From the NCBI GenBank assembly GCA_050945135.1, contig JBMNSJ010000002.1:6798-70797 (forward strand): a DNA stretch of 64,000 nt, given 5' to 3'. The notes beneath the pieces were generated by a model. That model was not told where the DNA came from. It worked only from the letters and a program-made list of their open reading frames with translations, and searched no databases. This document shows positions 48,803 through 59,664 of the stretch, piece by piece. Positions within the stretch are counted from its first letter, which is position 1; each line of letters begins with the position of its first letter. The position numbers were made by a program, and so were the translations under genes. The stretch is from Raoultibacter sp. Its GTDB lineage: Bacteria > Actinomycetota > Coriobacteriia > Coriobacteriales > Eggerthellaceae.

Positions 48803-49696
48803 TTGAGAATGAAGGCATTAGTTATTGCAGAGTCAAGCGATGCGCAGAAGTTTCTGTGCGCGGGCGTCCGTTCTTTCGCTGATGAGGTTGCATTAGTCAC
48901 TATTAAAGGCACTCCTGAAACAGGAATCGCCGATGTTGCTTACGATGTTGAGCTTCCTGAGGGCGAGGCTCTCGAGAATGCTTTTGAGACAGTTCGCGAT
49001 CTCTATGATGAGCTTGCACCAGGTGTTGTATTTATCGAAGCTGATGTTCGCTTGAAGATTGTTGGCGGATTATTGGCTGCACATGCAGATACGAGCATTA
49101 TCGTTGACGTTACTTCTTTCGAGGGTGAAGTCGCCGAGAGCATGTACTTTGGTGGTTTAGCTGCTAAGAAGCAGAAATCCACCGCTTCTGTGAAATTCTA
49201 CATGCTCTCGGGCGCTTGTTTTGCTGATGTCGCTGCAAGTGGTACCGATACGGTCAATAAACTTGCCTTTAAGGCTCCTGCAAACGGTCTCGTAGTTCGT
49301 GGAACCAAGCCAGTCGAGCAGGTTGGCGCTGACGTCACGAAGTCAAAGGTTGTCGTTGGTTGCGGCCGCGGTTTCGCTGAAGAATCAGAGCTCGACCTTG
49401 CACGCGATTTCGCTGCAAAGGTGAAGGGCGATCTTGCTTGTTCTCGTCCTCTTTCCGAGAACAACAAATGGATGGCCCGCAGTCTGTATCTGGGTGTTTC
49501 TGGAAAACAGATTTCTCCAAAGGTTTATTTTGCAGTGGGTATTTCTGGTCAGATGCAGCACATGGTTGGTGTTAGCGGCTCAGATGTTATCGTTGCGATC
49601 AACAAAGATCAAAACGCTCCCATCTTCAAGCAGGCTGACTACGGTATCATCGGCGATCTTAAAAAGATTCTCCCTGATATGACTGCCAAGCTCTAG
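48803..49696 (+). CDS. etfA: Electron transfer flavoprotein alpha subunit, FixB-like
   Basis: LACSRPLSENNKWM...YFAVGISGQMQHMVG...VAINKDQNAPIFKQADYGIIGD parallels E. coli FixB as I recall it. Confidence 0.9.
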   Translation: MRMKALVIAESSDAQKFLCAGVRSFADEVALVTIKGTPETGIADVAYDVELPEGEALENAFETVRDLYDELAPGVVFIEADVRLKIVGGLLAAHADTSIIVDVTSFEGEVAESMYFGGLAAKKQKSTASVKFYMLSGACFADVAASGTDTVNKLAFKAPANGLVVRGTKPVEQVGADVTKSKVVVGCGRGFAEESELDLARDFAAKVKGDLACSRPLSENNKWMARSLYLGVSGKQISPKVYFAVGISGQMQHMVGVSGSDVIVAINKDQNAPIFKQADYGIIGDLKKILPDMTAKL

Positions 49697-49726
49697 ATAT
49701 TTCTCGAAAAATATTGAGCATATAAG

Positions 49727-49764
49727 CTCCGGGTTTTGCATAGTTGCAAGCCCGGAGTTTTCTC
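49727..49764 (+). terminator. Rho-independent terminator after etfA
   Basis: ctccggg (49727-49733) pairs with cccggag (49751-49757), followed by ttttctc. Confidence 0.7.
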
Positions 49765-49881
49765 ATATAGAGCCGCTCGCGGTCTGTCATTTTGAGAACT
49801 CGGGTGTATAAATAAGGTTTTCGGTTATAATCGAACACACTAACCCAGATTCGACCAGGTGAATCGTACGACGGAGGGCCC

Positions 49882-50811
49882 ATGAATCTGTCACAGCTCT
49901 ACTATTTTCGAAAGCTAGCCGATTTGCAACATTATGCAAAGGCAGCAAAAGAACTCTATATTACCCAGCCCTCTCTTTCGAATGCGATTAGCTCGCTCGA
50001 AAACGAGCTGGGTGTTTCGCTTTTTCAGCGCACAGGCCGCAATATCCAACTCACAAAGTGTGGCCAGGAGTTTCTCGATTATGTAGAAGCAGGGCTTGAT
50101 CGCATCGATAAAGGTGTCGATATCATGAAAGAATATGCGGGCACCAGCGAAGGCGGAAAAGTTGATCTTGGTTGTATTATTACCGTTCAAACCGATTATG
50201 TGCCTCGTTTGATTACTCGCTTCAAATTCGAAACTGGGACGAGCGCTACCTTTAACGTTCGTGAAGATCCCAGCTTGCCACTGATGCACGATTTAAAAGA
50301 TGGCATCTATGATGTAATTTTTGCTTCGAAAAGCGATACTGATCCGCTGCTGTCTTACACGCCTATCCTCACGCAACAAGTTATTGTTGCCATGAATTCG
50401 TCATCTCCCTTAGCAAAAAAGGAATACATCGTACCTGAAGATTTGCGAGGTCACTCGCTTATTTCATATAGCGATACCATTCCTTTGGGAAAAGCAGTAA
50501 AAGAGATGCTCGATAAACTAAACGTCGGGCGCATTAATTACAACTACCTCGATGAATCGATTCTCGCAGGATTTGCCATGCACGGTGTTGAGGCTGCGGT
50601 CATGCTTGATACCTTCTTTTTAAAGAGCGTTGATGGAATCGAAGTGCGTCCTTTAGTAAACAACCTAAAAGAGAAGAAAACTTTCCATCATCGTATTTAT
50701 ATGATTCATGACCAAAGAAATTACCATCCTCGATGCGTAGATCATTTCATTGATTATGTGGTCGAATCGCATTCTCTCAAGGAAGATCCGAGCAAAATAT
50801 ATATCGATTAA
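49882..50811 (+). CDS. LysR-family transcriptional regulator
   Basis: N-terminal wHTH (LSQLYYFRKLADLQHYAKAAKELYITQPSLSNAISSLENELGVSLFQR) and a C-terminal LysR substrate-binding domain. Confidence 0.9.
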   Translation: MNLSQLYYFRKLADLQHYAKAAKELYITQPSLSNAISSLENELGVSLFQRTGRNIQLTKCGQEFLDYVEAGLDRIDKGVDIMKEYAGTSEGGKVDLGCIITVQTDYVPRLITRFKFETGTSATFNVREDPSLPLMHDLKDGIYDVIFASKSDTDPLLSYTPILTQQVIVAMNSSSPLAKKEYIVPEDLRGHSLISYSDTIPLGKAVKEMLDKLNVGRINYNYLDESILAGFAMHGVEAAVMLDTFFLKSVDGIEVRPLVNNLKEKKTFHHRIYMIHDQRNYHPRCVDHFIDYVVESHSLKEDPSKIYID

Positions 50812-51025
50812 GATAAACATGCTGCCTGAAAATAAAAGCTAAGCGCGAGTAAGCATGCTTAGACGAATGTTTAAACATTCGATTGTCGGAGCCTGTTCTG
50901 GCTCAATAACATGAAATATCCACAGTTCAAAAACTTTTTTCTTGACTCATTTGACACGCCATACTATTTTATGAAGTTGCGATTTTTTGCAGATTTGCGT
51001 ATTCTCATGAAGGAGGACAAGCCTC

Positions 51026-54000
51026 GTGGCTAAAGGAAAAAAGCAAGCCCCTACCAGCCTTTATAGGGATCGTAAAAGCTTTGCTAAGACGCCCGACGTA
51101 ATGGACGTTCCCAATCTGATTTCTATCCAGGTCGACAGTTTCGAATGGTTTAAGAAAGAAGGCTTGGCACAAGCTTTTGCGGATATCAGTCCTATCGAAA
51201 GCAGTACGAAGGACATGAGCGTCGAATTCGGCAAGCACGAATTCGGAGATCCTAAGTTTAGTGTTGATGAATGTAAAGAAAAAGATGTTTCGTATCAAGC
51301 ACCTCTCTTTGTAGAGATTAGATTCATCAATCGTGAAACCGGTGAGATTAAAGAACAAGACGTGTTCATTGGTGATTTCCCGCTGATGACCCCTCGTGGT
51401 ACCTTCATCATTAATGGTACCGAGCGCGTTGTAGTATCTCAGCTGGTTCGTAGCCCGGGCGTTTATTTTGCCTCCGAGCGCGACAAGACTTCTGACAAGA
51501 TAATTTTTAACTCTAAGGTTATTCCTTCTCGCGGAGCTTGGCTTGAGTTCGAAACTGACAAGCGCGATATTTTGTCAGTCCGCATCGATCGCAAGCGTAA
51601 GCAGCCCGCCACGCTTCTCGTAAGAGCGCTAGGATTAGCTGAGACACGCGAAGAGATTATCGATCTTTTAGGCGAAGACGAAATGGTGCTTCGCACGCTT
51701 GATCGCGATCCTGCTACTACTAAAGAAGAATCATTGATCGAGCTCTATAAGCGCTTCCGTCCTGGTGAGCCTCCAACAATCGACTCAGCTCGTACCTTGC
51801 TTGAGGGATTGTTTTTCAACGAGCAGCGCTATGATCTTGCTAAGGTTGGTCGTTACAAGATTAATAAAAAGCTTGGCTTTGATCCCGATAATGAAAGCTC
51901 GACACTTACTGAAGAAGACATCGTGCGCACCATGCGCTACATTGTTGGACTTCATGCAGGTGCCGAAGGCTTCGCAACCGACGATATCGACCATTTCGGC
52001 AATCGTCGCATCCGCACCGTAGGCGAACTCATTCAAAACCAGTTCCGCATCGGTCTTTCTCGCATGGAGCGTGTAGTGCGTGAGCGTATGAGCATGCAAG
52101 AGCCTGATGAAATTACTCCTCAGAGCTTGGTTAACATTCGCCCGATTGTGGCATCCATTAAAGAGTTCTTTGGTTCTTCTCAGCTTTCTCAGTTTATGGA
52201 CCAAACCAATCCTGCCGCTGGAATCACGCACAAACGTCGTCTTTCCGCTCTAGGACCTGGTGGTCTTTCGCGTGAGCGCGCAGGATTCGAAGTTCGCGAC
52301 GTTCATACTTCACATTACGGACGTATGTGTCCGATTGAGACCCCTGAAGGACCCAACATTGGTCTCATTGGCTCACTTGCTACCTATGCTCGCGTAAACC
52401 CTTATGGTTTCATTGAGACGCCTTACCGTCGCGTTGTTGATGGAAAGGTTACCGATGAGGTTGATTATCTAACGGCAGACGAGGAAGAAAACTACACCAT
52501 TGCCCAGGCAAACGATGAGTTTGATCCAGAGACTCGCGTATTTGGACATCTTGATGATGATGATGGCACCTTTACGCCTGCTGCCCGTGTTCTTTGTCGC
52601 ACAAAAGATAGCAGTGGTACCTACGGAGAGCCCGATGAAGTAATTCCTTCTCGCGTCGATTACATGGACGTATCTCCTCGACAGATGGTATCAGTTGCAA
52701 CCTCGCTGATTCCGTTCCTTGAGCACGACGACGCAAACCGCGCGCTTATGGGATCAAACATGCAGCGCCAGGCAGTTCCGCTTCTGCGCCCTTCTGCTCC
52801 TTTGATTGGTACAGGCATCGAGCATCGCATCGCTGTTGACTCTGGCGAAATTATGGTTGCTCAGCGTCCTGGTACCGTCGATTACGTAGACTCTCAGACC
52901 ATCATCGTATTAAATGATGAGGGCGAATATGACGAGTATCTCATTCCTAAATTCCAACGCTCCAATCAGAGCGGATGCGTAAACCATCGTCCACTCGTTC
53001 GTAAGGGTGATGAGGTAAGCGCTGGCGATGTTTTGGCAGATGGTCCATCTTGTGATGGAGGAGAGCTTGCTCTCGGACAAAACTTACTTATCGCGTATAT
53101 GCCATGGGAAGGATATAACTACGAGGACGCTATCATCGTTTCCGAGCGCGTCGTTGCAGAAGACCTCCTGACGAGCATTCATATCTCAGAATATGAAATC
53201 GATGCACGCGACACCAAGCTTGGACCCGAGGAAATCACTCGTGAGCTTCCAAATACCTCTGACGACATGATTTCTGATCTTGATGCCGATGGTATTATCC
53301 GCATCGGTGCTGAGGTGTTCCCTGGCGATGTATTGGTTGGTAAAGTCACTCCTAAGGGCGAGACAGAGCTAACTGCTGAAGAGCGTTTACTTCGTGCAAT
53401 TTTCGGTGAGAAAGCACGTGAGGTCCGCGATACTTCGCTTAAGGTTCCTCATGGTTCGGGTGGTCGCGTTATCGGCGTAAGCCGCTTCTCCCGCCTCGAT
53501 GGAGACGAACTTGCTCCTGGCATCAATGAGCTCGTGCGTGTGTATGTTGCTCAAAAGCGTAAAATCCAGCAGGGCGATAAGCTCTCCGGTCGTCATGGTA
53601 ATAAGGGTGTTATCTCACGTATTCTTCCTGTTGAGGATATGCCCTATTTGGCAGACGGAACGCCTATTGACGTTATCTTAAATCCACTGGGCGTACCTTC
53701 ACGTATGAATGTTGGTCAGCTGCTTGAATGCCACTTGGGCTGGGCCGCTAAGGTGGGTTGGTCTGACGACGAGAACTCTGATGAGGCTGTTGATGGTCCT
53801 ATCCATATTGCAAGCCCGGTATTTGACGGCGCAACTGAAAAAGAGATTTCAGACGCAATTGAGAAGGCTAATCGCAATCTGATTAATATCAACCATCAAG
53901 AATTTGGCGATAAGGCTCGTGACGAGTTTGTTCCTCAGCTTTCTCGCACCGGTAAAGCTGTTCTTTTCGATGGACGTACTGGCGAGCGATTCCGTGAGCC

Positions 54001-54643
54001 AATTACGGTTGGTCAAAGCTATATCCTCAAACTTGGTCACATGGTAGACGACAAGATTCACGCTCGCTCAACCGGTCCATACTCTCTCATTACGCAGCAA
54101 CCTCTGGGTGGTAAAGCCCAATTCGGCGGTCAGCGTTTCGGAGAGATGGAAGTGTGGGCGCTCTACGCATATGGCGCATCGAATGTGTTGCAGGAGATTC
54201 TTACGGTTAAGTCCGACGATACTTCCGGCCGCGTGAAGTCGTATGAGGCAATTGTTAAGGGAGAAAATATTCCTGATCCTGAAGTGCCAGAGTCCTTTAA
54301 GGTTCTTGTGAAAGAAATGAAATCACTGTGCTTGAACGTCGAGCTTGAAGGTGAAGATCGCACGGTTCGCGATGTGAGCTCCGAAGAAGACATGGAAGAT
54401 GCGGATGCAGCTTTATTAGCCGCTCTACGTGCTGATGCCAAAAAGACCGAGGAAGAATCTCGCGATGTCTTGGCTGATATGAGTCTTGATCTGGGAGACC
54501 TTATGGCTGACGTGAAAAACATCGTTGGTGATGCAAATGAGCTCATCGGCGGAAGCGTTAGTGAGCTAAATAATGAAGATGGAAATGAGTTGATAGGCGG
54601 TAATGATATCAATGATCTTATCGGTGATGGAGAGGAGAACTAA
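51026..54643 (+). CDS. rpoB: DNA-directed RNA polymerase subunit beta
   Basis: GTG start 9 nt after AGGAGG. Canonical beta motifs are present throughout ([26 protein letters not shown]). It has an acidic C-terminal tail with ELIGG-type repeats. Confidence 0.97.
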   Translation: MAKGKKQAPTSLYRDRKSFAKTPDVMDVPNLISIQVDSFEWFKKEGLAQAFADISPIESSTKDMSVEFGKHEFGDPKFSVDECKEKDVSYQAPLFVEIRFINRETGEIKEQDVFIGDFPLMTPRGTFIINGTERVVVSQLVRSPGVYFASERDKTSDKIIFNSKVIPSRGAWLEFETDKRDILSVRIDRKRKQPATLLVRALGLAETREEIIDLLGEDEMVLRTLDRDPATTKEESLIELYKRFRPGEPPTIDSARTLLEGLFFNEQRYDLAKVGRYKINKKLGFDPDNESSTLTEEDIVRTMRYIVGLHAGAEGFATDDIDHFGNRRIRTVGELIQNQFRIGLSRMERVVRERMSMQEPDEITPQSLVNIRPIVASIKEFFGSSQLSQFMDQTNPAAGITHKRRLSALGPGGLSRERAGFEVRDVHTSHYGRMCPIETPEGPNIGLIGSLATYARVNPYGFIETPYRRVVDGKVTDEVDYLTADEEENYTIAQANDEFDPETRVFGHLDDDDGTFTPAARVLCRTKDSSGTYGEPDEVIPSRVDYMDVSPRQMVSVATSLIPFLEHDDANRALMGSNMQRQAVPLLRPSAPLIGTGIEHRIAVDSGEIMVAQRPGTVDYVDSQTIIVLNDEGEYDEYLIPKFQRSNQSGCVNHRPLVRKGDEVSAGDVLADGPSCDGGELALGQNLLIAYMPWEGYNYEDAIIVSERVVAEDLLTSIHISEYEIDARDTKLGPEEITRELPNTSDDMISDLDADGIIRIGAEVFPGDVLVGKVTPKGETELTAEERLLRAIFGEKAREVRDTSLKVPHGSGGRVIGVSRFSRLDGDELAPGINELVRVYVAQKRKIQQGDKLSGRHGNKGVISRILPVEDMPYLADGTPIDVILNPLGVPSRMNVGQLLECHLGWAAKVGWSDDENSDEAVDGPIHIASPVFDGATEKEISDAIEKANRNLININHQEFGDKARDEFVPQLSRTGKAVLFDGRTGERFREPITVGQSYILKLGHMVDDKIHARSTGPYSLITQQPLGGKAQFGGQRFGEMEVWALYAYGASNVLQEILTVKSDDTSGRVKSYEAIVKGENIPDPEVPESFKVLVKEMKSLCLNVELEGEDRTVRDVSSEEDMEDADAALLAALRADAKKTEEESRDVLADMSLDLGDLMADVKNIVGDANELIGGSVSELNNEDGNELIGGNDINDLIGDGEEN

Positions 54644-57600
54644 TGGCGGAATTTGACGTTAATAATTTCGATGCATTGCGTATCTCCCTTGCCAGTGCCG
54701 AAGATGTAAGAAGCTGGTCTCGAGGAGAAGTTAAAAAGCCAGAGACCATCAACTATAGAACGCTCAAGCCAGAAAAGGATGGCCTGTTCTGCGAGAAGAT
54801 TTTTGGTCCTACCAAGGATTGGGAATGTGCTTGCGGAAAGTACAAGCGCGTCCGTTTTAAGGGCATTGTTTGCGAACGTTGCGGTGTTGAAGTTACCCGT
54901 TCACGCGTACGTCGTGATCGCATGGGACATATTGAGCTTGCTGCTCCGGTCTCGCACATTTGGTATTTCAAGGGTTCCCCTTCGCGCCTGGGTTATCTTT
55001 TAGACATCGCGCCAAAAGAGCTTGAGAAAGTACTCTACTTTGCTTCCTCAATCGTGACCTCTGTTGATAAAGAGGCTCGCGAAGAGGATGTCGACGAATT
55101 ACGCGACGAGTTGGCAGCCGATCTTGAAGAGTTGGATGCAGAGCGCGACCGCCTCATCGAGGCAACACGCAAGCTTTCAAGCGACTACGCTCCCGAAGAC
55201 GACGAGTTTGTTGACGACGAACTCGACGACGATCGCTTGACACCTGAAGAAGCCGAAGAAGAAGTGGCTGACATCTACGAAGAGTTCAACGAGCGCAAAG
55301 CTTTGCGCACGGATGCCTTCGATGCCTTTATGAAGATTGAGCCAAAGCAATTGGTTCCTGATGAGGGTCTATATCGTGAGATGCGCCTGAATTACAGCGA
55401 GTATTTCAAAGGCGGAATGGGTGCTGAGTCGATTCGCGATTTACTTGATGAAATTGAGCTTGAGAAGGTTGCAGAAGAGCTTCGCGAGACTATTTCGACA
55501 GGAAAAGGTCAGAAACGTGCAAAAGCTATCAAGCGTCTTAAGGTAGTCGATGCGTTCTTAAAGAGCGCCAACAAGCCTTCCGATATGGTGCTAGATGTAA
55601 TCCCGGTTATTCCTCCAGATTTGCGCCCGATGGTTCAGCTCGATGGTGGACGCTTTGCAACAAGCGACCTCAATGACCTGTATCGTCGCGTGATAAACCG
55701 CAACAATCGCCTCAAGCGTCTCCTTGATTTGGGTGCTCCTGAGATTATCGTTAACAACGAAAAGCGTATGCTTCAAGAAGCAGTTGACTCTCTCTTCGAT
55801 AACGGTCGCCGTGGTCGTCCGGTAACGGGCCCAGGCAATCGTCCGCTGAAGTCAATCTCTGACATGCTTAAAGGTAAGCAAGGTCGCTTCCGTCAAAACC
55901 TTCTTGGTAAGCGTGTTGACTACTCGGGTCGTTCGGTTATCGTGGTTGGTCCGCAGCTCAAGTTTCATCAGTGCGGCCTTCCTTCCCAGATGGCACTTGA
56001 GTTGTTCAAGCCTTTCGTTATGAAGCGTTTAGTCGAGCTTGAGTATGCTGCAAATATTAAGGCTGCTAAGCGTGCCGTTGATCGTGGCGCAAGTTATGTT
56101 TGGGACGTCTTAGAAGAGGTCATTACCGAACATCCAGTGCTTCTCAACCGCGCACCCACCTTGCACCGCTTGGGCATTCAGGCTTTCGAACCCGTGCTGG
56201 TAGAAGGTAAAGCTATTCGCTTGCATCCGCTTGTATGTACCGCATTTAATGCTGACTTCGACGGCGACCAAATGGCTGTTCATGTGCCGCTTTCAAACGA
56301 GGCTCAAGCTGAAGCACGTATCTTAATGCTTTCCTCGAACAATATTAAATCTCCAGCTCATGGTAGGCCAATGACCGTGCCAACGCAGGATATGATTATC
56401 GGATTGTATTATCTGACTGCTGCACGTGACGGTTTCCCGGGCGAGGGTCGTTCATTCATCGATTTCGATGACGCAATGAACTGCTACAATGCACGCGCCG
56501 AACTTGATTTGCAGGCAAAGATTTGGGTTCGTCTTTCAAAAGACACTCAGGTTGCACATGCCTTTGATCAGTTTGAAGAGCACGCTCAAGGCGAGCGCAT
56601 TGAAACTACCATTGGACGCATTCTGTTTAACGATGAGCTTCCTGATGACTATCCTTTCCTTAACTACGAGATGAACAAAAAAGAAGTTGGTCTTCTCGTT
56701 GAGGATTGCTGCTCTCGCTACGACCTTTCAGATATTCCTGCAATCCTTGACGGCTTGAAGGATGCTGGGTTCCACTATGCAACGCGCGCTGGTGTTACCG
56801 TATCGGTTTACGATGCTACCGTGCCACCTGCTAAAAAGGAAATTCTTGCGAAGTATGACGACAAAGTTGCTGCAATCGATGAGGATTATGAGCTTGGCTT
56901 GATGTCGGTAGACGAGCGCCACAAGCAGGTTGTTGATATCTGGAACATGGCTAATGAAGAGGTTGGCGAAGCAATGGCTGACAACTTCGATAAGTTCAAT
57001 CCGATTTACATGATGGCACTCTCAGGTGCTCGAGGTAATATCAAGCAGATTCGTCAGCTTGCAGGTATGCGTGGTCTTATGTCTGACCCGAAGGGTGAGA
57101 TTATCGACCGTCCAATTAAGGCAAACTTCCGCGAGGGTCTCTCAGTTCTTGAGTACTTTATCTCGACACACGGTGCTCGTAAGGGTCTTGCTGATACCGC
57201 ACTCCGTACGGCTGACTCTGGATACCTCACACGCCGCTTGGTTGATGTTGCTCAAGACGTCATCATTCGTGAGATTGATTGCGAAACTACCGATGGTGTT
57301 ATGTATTCCCTCTACGACGAAAAGGGAGAGCTTGACGAAAACCTCATTGGTCGTTGTCTTCTTGAAGACGTCAAAGACAAGAAGGGTGAAACCATCTTGC
57401 CGGCAGGGGAGTATGTCTCTCATATGGATCAGCTTGTTAAGATGCAGGCTGAAGGTATCGATGAAGTCATGATTCGCACGGTTATGACCTGTCATGCCGA
57501 TATCGGAGTATGCCAGAAGTGCTATGGCTGGGATCTTGCAATGTCGCGCCCCGTTAATATCGGTACTGCAGTTGGTATCATTGCTGCTCAGTCGATTGGC

Positions 57601-59052
57601 GAGCCTGGAACTCAGTTAACCATGCGTACCTTCCATACTGGTGGTGTCGCTGGTGAAGACATCACGCACGGTCTCCCTCGCGTTACTGAGCTTTTCGAGG
57701 CTCGTAAGCCAAAAGGTCAGGCAGTGCTTGCAGAAATCGCTGGAACACTTCAGATTTCTGGAGATAAGCAAAACAAGACGCTTACCATTCATGACGATCA
57801 GGGAAATGTTCGCGAGTATGTTATCTCGGCGCGCGCTCAGATGCTTCCTGGCGTTACTGATATGAGCCAAGTTAAGGTTGGTCAACAGCTCACCAAGGGT
57901 TCAGTAAACCCACACGACCTGTTGCGTTTGACCGATCCTAATACCACGCTTCGCTATATCGTCAGCCAGGTTCAGGGTGTATACGTGAGCCAGGGTGTAG
58001 ACATCAACGACAAGCATATCGAAGTTATCGCTCGTCAGATGCTTCGCAAGCTCGCTGTTATCGATGCTGGTGAATCAAATTATCTTCCTGGTCGCCAGGT
58101 CAACCGCTTTGAGTTCGAGAAGACAGTTAATCAGCTGGTTGTTGATGGCAAAGAGCCACCCGTTGGACAGCCATTGTTGCTTGGTATCACCAAGGCATCT
58201 CTTGCAACTGATTCATGGCTTTCTGCTGCATCTTTCCAAGAGACCACCAAGGTGCTCACCGACGCTGCAATTGAGGCAAAGACCGATCGTTTGGCTGGAC
58301 TCAAAGAAAACGTTATTATCGGTAAGCCAATTCCTGCTGGAACCGGACTTTCTCGCTATCGCAAAGTTGGACTTACCTACAAGGGTCGTCCTGTTGATCG
58401 TGTTGCCGGTGATAATCTTCCCGATTTTGCACCGGAGGCTCTCCGCTCTATCGAAGAGCTTTTACCACAACCTCAGGATTGGTCGCTTGATAGCGATAGC
58501 TACCTCAACATGGGTGTTAACTACGGTAATTACTACAATGGCGTTAGTGCTGGACATGGCGCCCATAATCTTACCGATGAAGAGGCACGTCTCTATGTAT
58601 ATGACGATCTTGGAGTATCCCAGCGCTGGGCAAACAAATTCTCTGAGGCTGGCATCGAGACCGTTGCTGATCTTGTTGGTCATACCGAGGAGGACCTGCT
58701 ACGTATCGAGGGTATTGGAGTTAAGGCCATCGAAGAGCTCAAAGAAGGCTTGGTTGAGCATTCTTTGATTCATGTGATTGAAGACGATTTCTCGGCCTCA
58801 AGTGATGACATGAGCCAGCTTCTCGATATGGTGTTCTCGCCCGATGTTACGATTCTTATTGGTGGTGACGAACCTGCAACTTTCAACACCGATGGTGAAG
58901 ATATGCTAGGCGAGGCTTTGCCACCGCGTTCGTATCAACGAAACCTTGAAGAGCTTGATGCGATTTTAGGAACTGTTGGGGTTTCTGGATTTGGAACTAC
59001 TGATTTGAGTGAAGAAGCCAGTCAGCCCAACACACAGGATGATGAAGAGTAA
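54643..59052 (+). CDS. rpoC: DNA-directed RNA polymerase subunit beta-prime, with a lineage-type N-terminal insertion and a C-terminal extension of roughly 200 aa
   Basis: The start overlaps the rpoB stop (TAATG). It has the [12 protein letters not shown] catalytic motif and zinc-binding Cys clusters. An acidic coiled-coil-like insertion sits after about residue 140. The extension lies beyond the IPAGTG region. Confidence 0.97.
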   Translation: MAEFDVNNFDALRISLASAEDVRSWSRGEVKKPETINYRTLKPEKDGLFCEKIFGPTKDWECACGKYKRVRFKGIVCERCGVEVTRSRVRRDRMGHIELAAPVSHIWYFKGSPSRLGYLLDIAPKELEKVLYFASSIVTSVDKEAREEDVDELRDELAADLEELDAERDRLIEATRKLSSDYAPEDDEFVDDELDDDRLTPEEAEEEVADIYEEFNERKALRTDAFDAFMKIEPKQLVPDEGLYREMRLNYSEYFKGGMGAESIRDLLDEIELEKVAEELRETISTGKGQKRAKAIKRLKVVDAFLKSANKPSDMVLDVIPVIPPDLRPMVQLDGGRFATSDLNDLYRRVINRNNRLKRLLDLGAPEIIVNNEKRMLQEAVDSLFDNGRRGRPVTGPGNRPLKSISDMLKGKQGRFRQNLLGKRVDYSGRSVIVVGPQLKFHQCGLPSQMALELFKPFVMKRLVELEYAANIKAAKRAVDRGASYVWDVLEEVITEHPVLLNRAPTLHRLGIQAFEPVLVEGKAIRLHPLVCTAFNADFDGDQMAVHVPLSNEAQAEARILMLSSNNIKSPAHGRPMTVPTQDMIIGLYYLTAARDGFPGEGRSFIDFDDAMNCYNARAELDLQAKIWVRLSKDTQVAHAFDQFEEHAQGERIETTIGRILFNDELPDDYPFLNYEMNKKEVGLLVEDCCSRYDLSDIPAILDGLKDAGFHYATRAGVTVSVYDATVPPAKKEILAKYDDKVAAIDEDYELGLMSVDERHKQVVDIWNMANEEVGEAMADNFDKFNPIYMMALSGARGNIKQIRQLAGMRGLMSDPKGEIIDRPIKANFREGLSVLEYFISTHGARKGLADTALRTADSGYLTRRLVDVAQDVIIREIDCETTDGVMYSLYDEKGELDENLIGRCLLEDVKDKKGETILPAGEYVSHMDQLVKMQAEGIDEVMIRTVMTCHADIGVCQKCYGWDLAMSRPVNIGTAVGIIAAQSIGEPGTQLTMRTFHTGGVAGEDITHGLPRVTELFEARKPKGQAVLAEIAGTLQISGDKQNKTLTIHDDQGNVREYVISARAQMLPGVTDMSQVKVGQQLTKGSVNPHDLLRLTDPNTTLRYIVSQVQGVYVSQGVDINDKHIEVIARQMLRKLAVIDAGESNYLPGRQVNRFEFEKTVNQLVVDGKEPPVGQPLLLGITKASLATDSWLSAASFQETTKVLTDAAIEAKTDRLAGLKENVIIGKPIPAGTGLSRYRKVGLTYKGRPVDRVAGDNLPDFAPEALRSIEELLPQPQDWSLDSDSYLNMGVNYGNYYNGVSAGHGAHNLTDEEARLYVYDDLGVSQRWANKFSEAGIETVADLVGHTEEDLLRIEGIGVKAIEELKEGLVEHSLIHVIEDDFSASSDDMSQLLDMVFSPDVTILIGGDEPATFNTDGEDMLGEALPPRSYQRNLEELDAILGTVGVSGFGTTDLSEEASQPNTQDDEE

Positions 59053-59065
59053 TCACTGATAGTCT

Positions 59066-59094
59066 GAAGGGGTGCCAAGTGCACCCCTTCTTGT
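59066..59094 (+). terminator. Rho-independent terminator of rpoBC
   Basis: gaaggggtgc (59066-59075) pairs with gcaccccttc (59081-59090), a 10-bp stem with a 5-nt loop, followed by ttgt. Confidence 0.8.
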
Positions 59095-59271
59095 AGCTGG
59101 TTTAGTCGTTTTGCAAACAGCAAAAACCGACACCGTGAAGAGTTGAAGTATCTGATGTGGCCTCGTGGGCGTCGGCATTCGCGAAGGAAGAGTGCCTGGC
59201 GGTGAGAGTAAGACAATCTTGGATGCTGCAGTACTTCTCGCTGAACTTGTTAGACCAGCGATAGAAAGAGT

Positions 59272-59664
59272 TTGAAGATGAAAAAGACATACGCGCCACA
59301 GGACGAAGAAGCCCCCGTATCTCAAATTGGGGCAACGCTCGAATCCCTGGCTTCAACCATAGATGCTCGTAAAAACGCTAGTGCCGCTAGCTATACGCAT
59401 AGCCTTCTTACCTCTGACGAAGCCCTTGTCTTAGGAAAAGTGACCGAAGAGGCTGCGGAGGTTGTCGAGGCTGCTGGTGAAAACAACGATGATCACTTGC
59501 GCTACGAGGCAGCTGATTTGATCTATCACTTGATGGTAGTGCTTGCTCGTCATGATATATCGATGGACGAGCTAGCTGCTGAGTTGAATATGCGTATGAC
59601 CGACAAAGAACGTCCGAGTGGGGGTCTGTATCTTCACGATGAGTTTATACAGAGGGGGAAATAA
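59272..59664 (+). CDS. hisE: Phosphoribosyl-ATP pyrophosphatase (stand-alone)
   Basis: PRA-PH pattern (SYTHSLL......KV.EEA.E...A.......L..E.ADL.YH..V.L....I). No other his genes are nearby. Confidence 0.8.
   Translation: MKMKKTYAPQDEEAPVSQIGATLESLASTIDARKNASAASYTHSLLTSDEALVLGKVTEEAAEVVEAAGENNDDHLRYEAADLIYHLMVVLARHDISMDELAAELNMRMTDKERPSGGLYLHDEFIQRGK

Noticed and set aside
58064-58768. A 234-aa ORF in an alternative frame inside rpoC, and similar long shadow ORFs (for example 15212-15781(-), 12069-12554(-), 18546-18995(-), 23536-24030(-), 46078-46503(+), 51785-52231(-), 54163-54612(-), 57026-57472(+))
   Set aside because: All lie entirely within, or antisense to, strongly supported conserved genes. 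They have Ser/Arg/Leu-rich shadow-frame composition and lack start-site signals.
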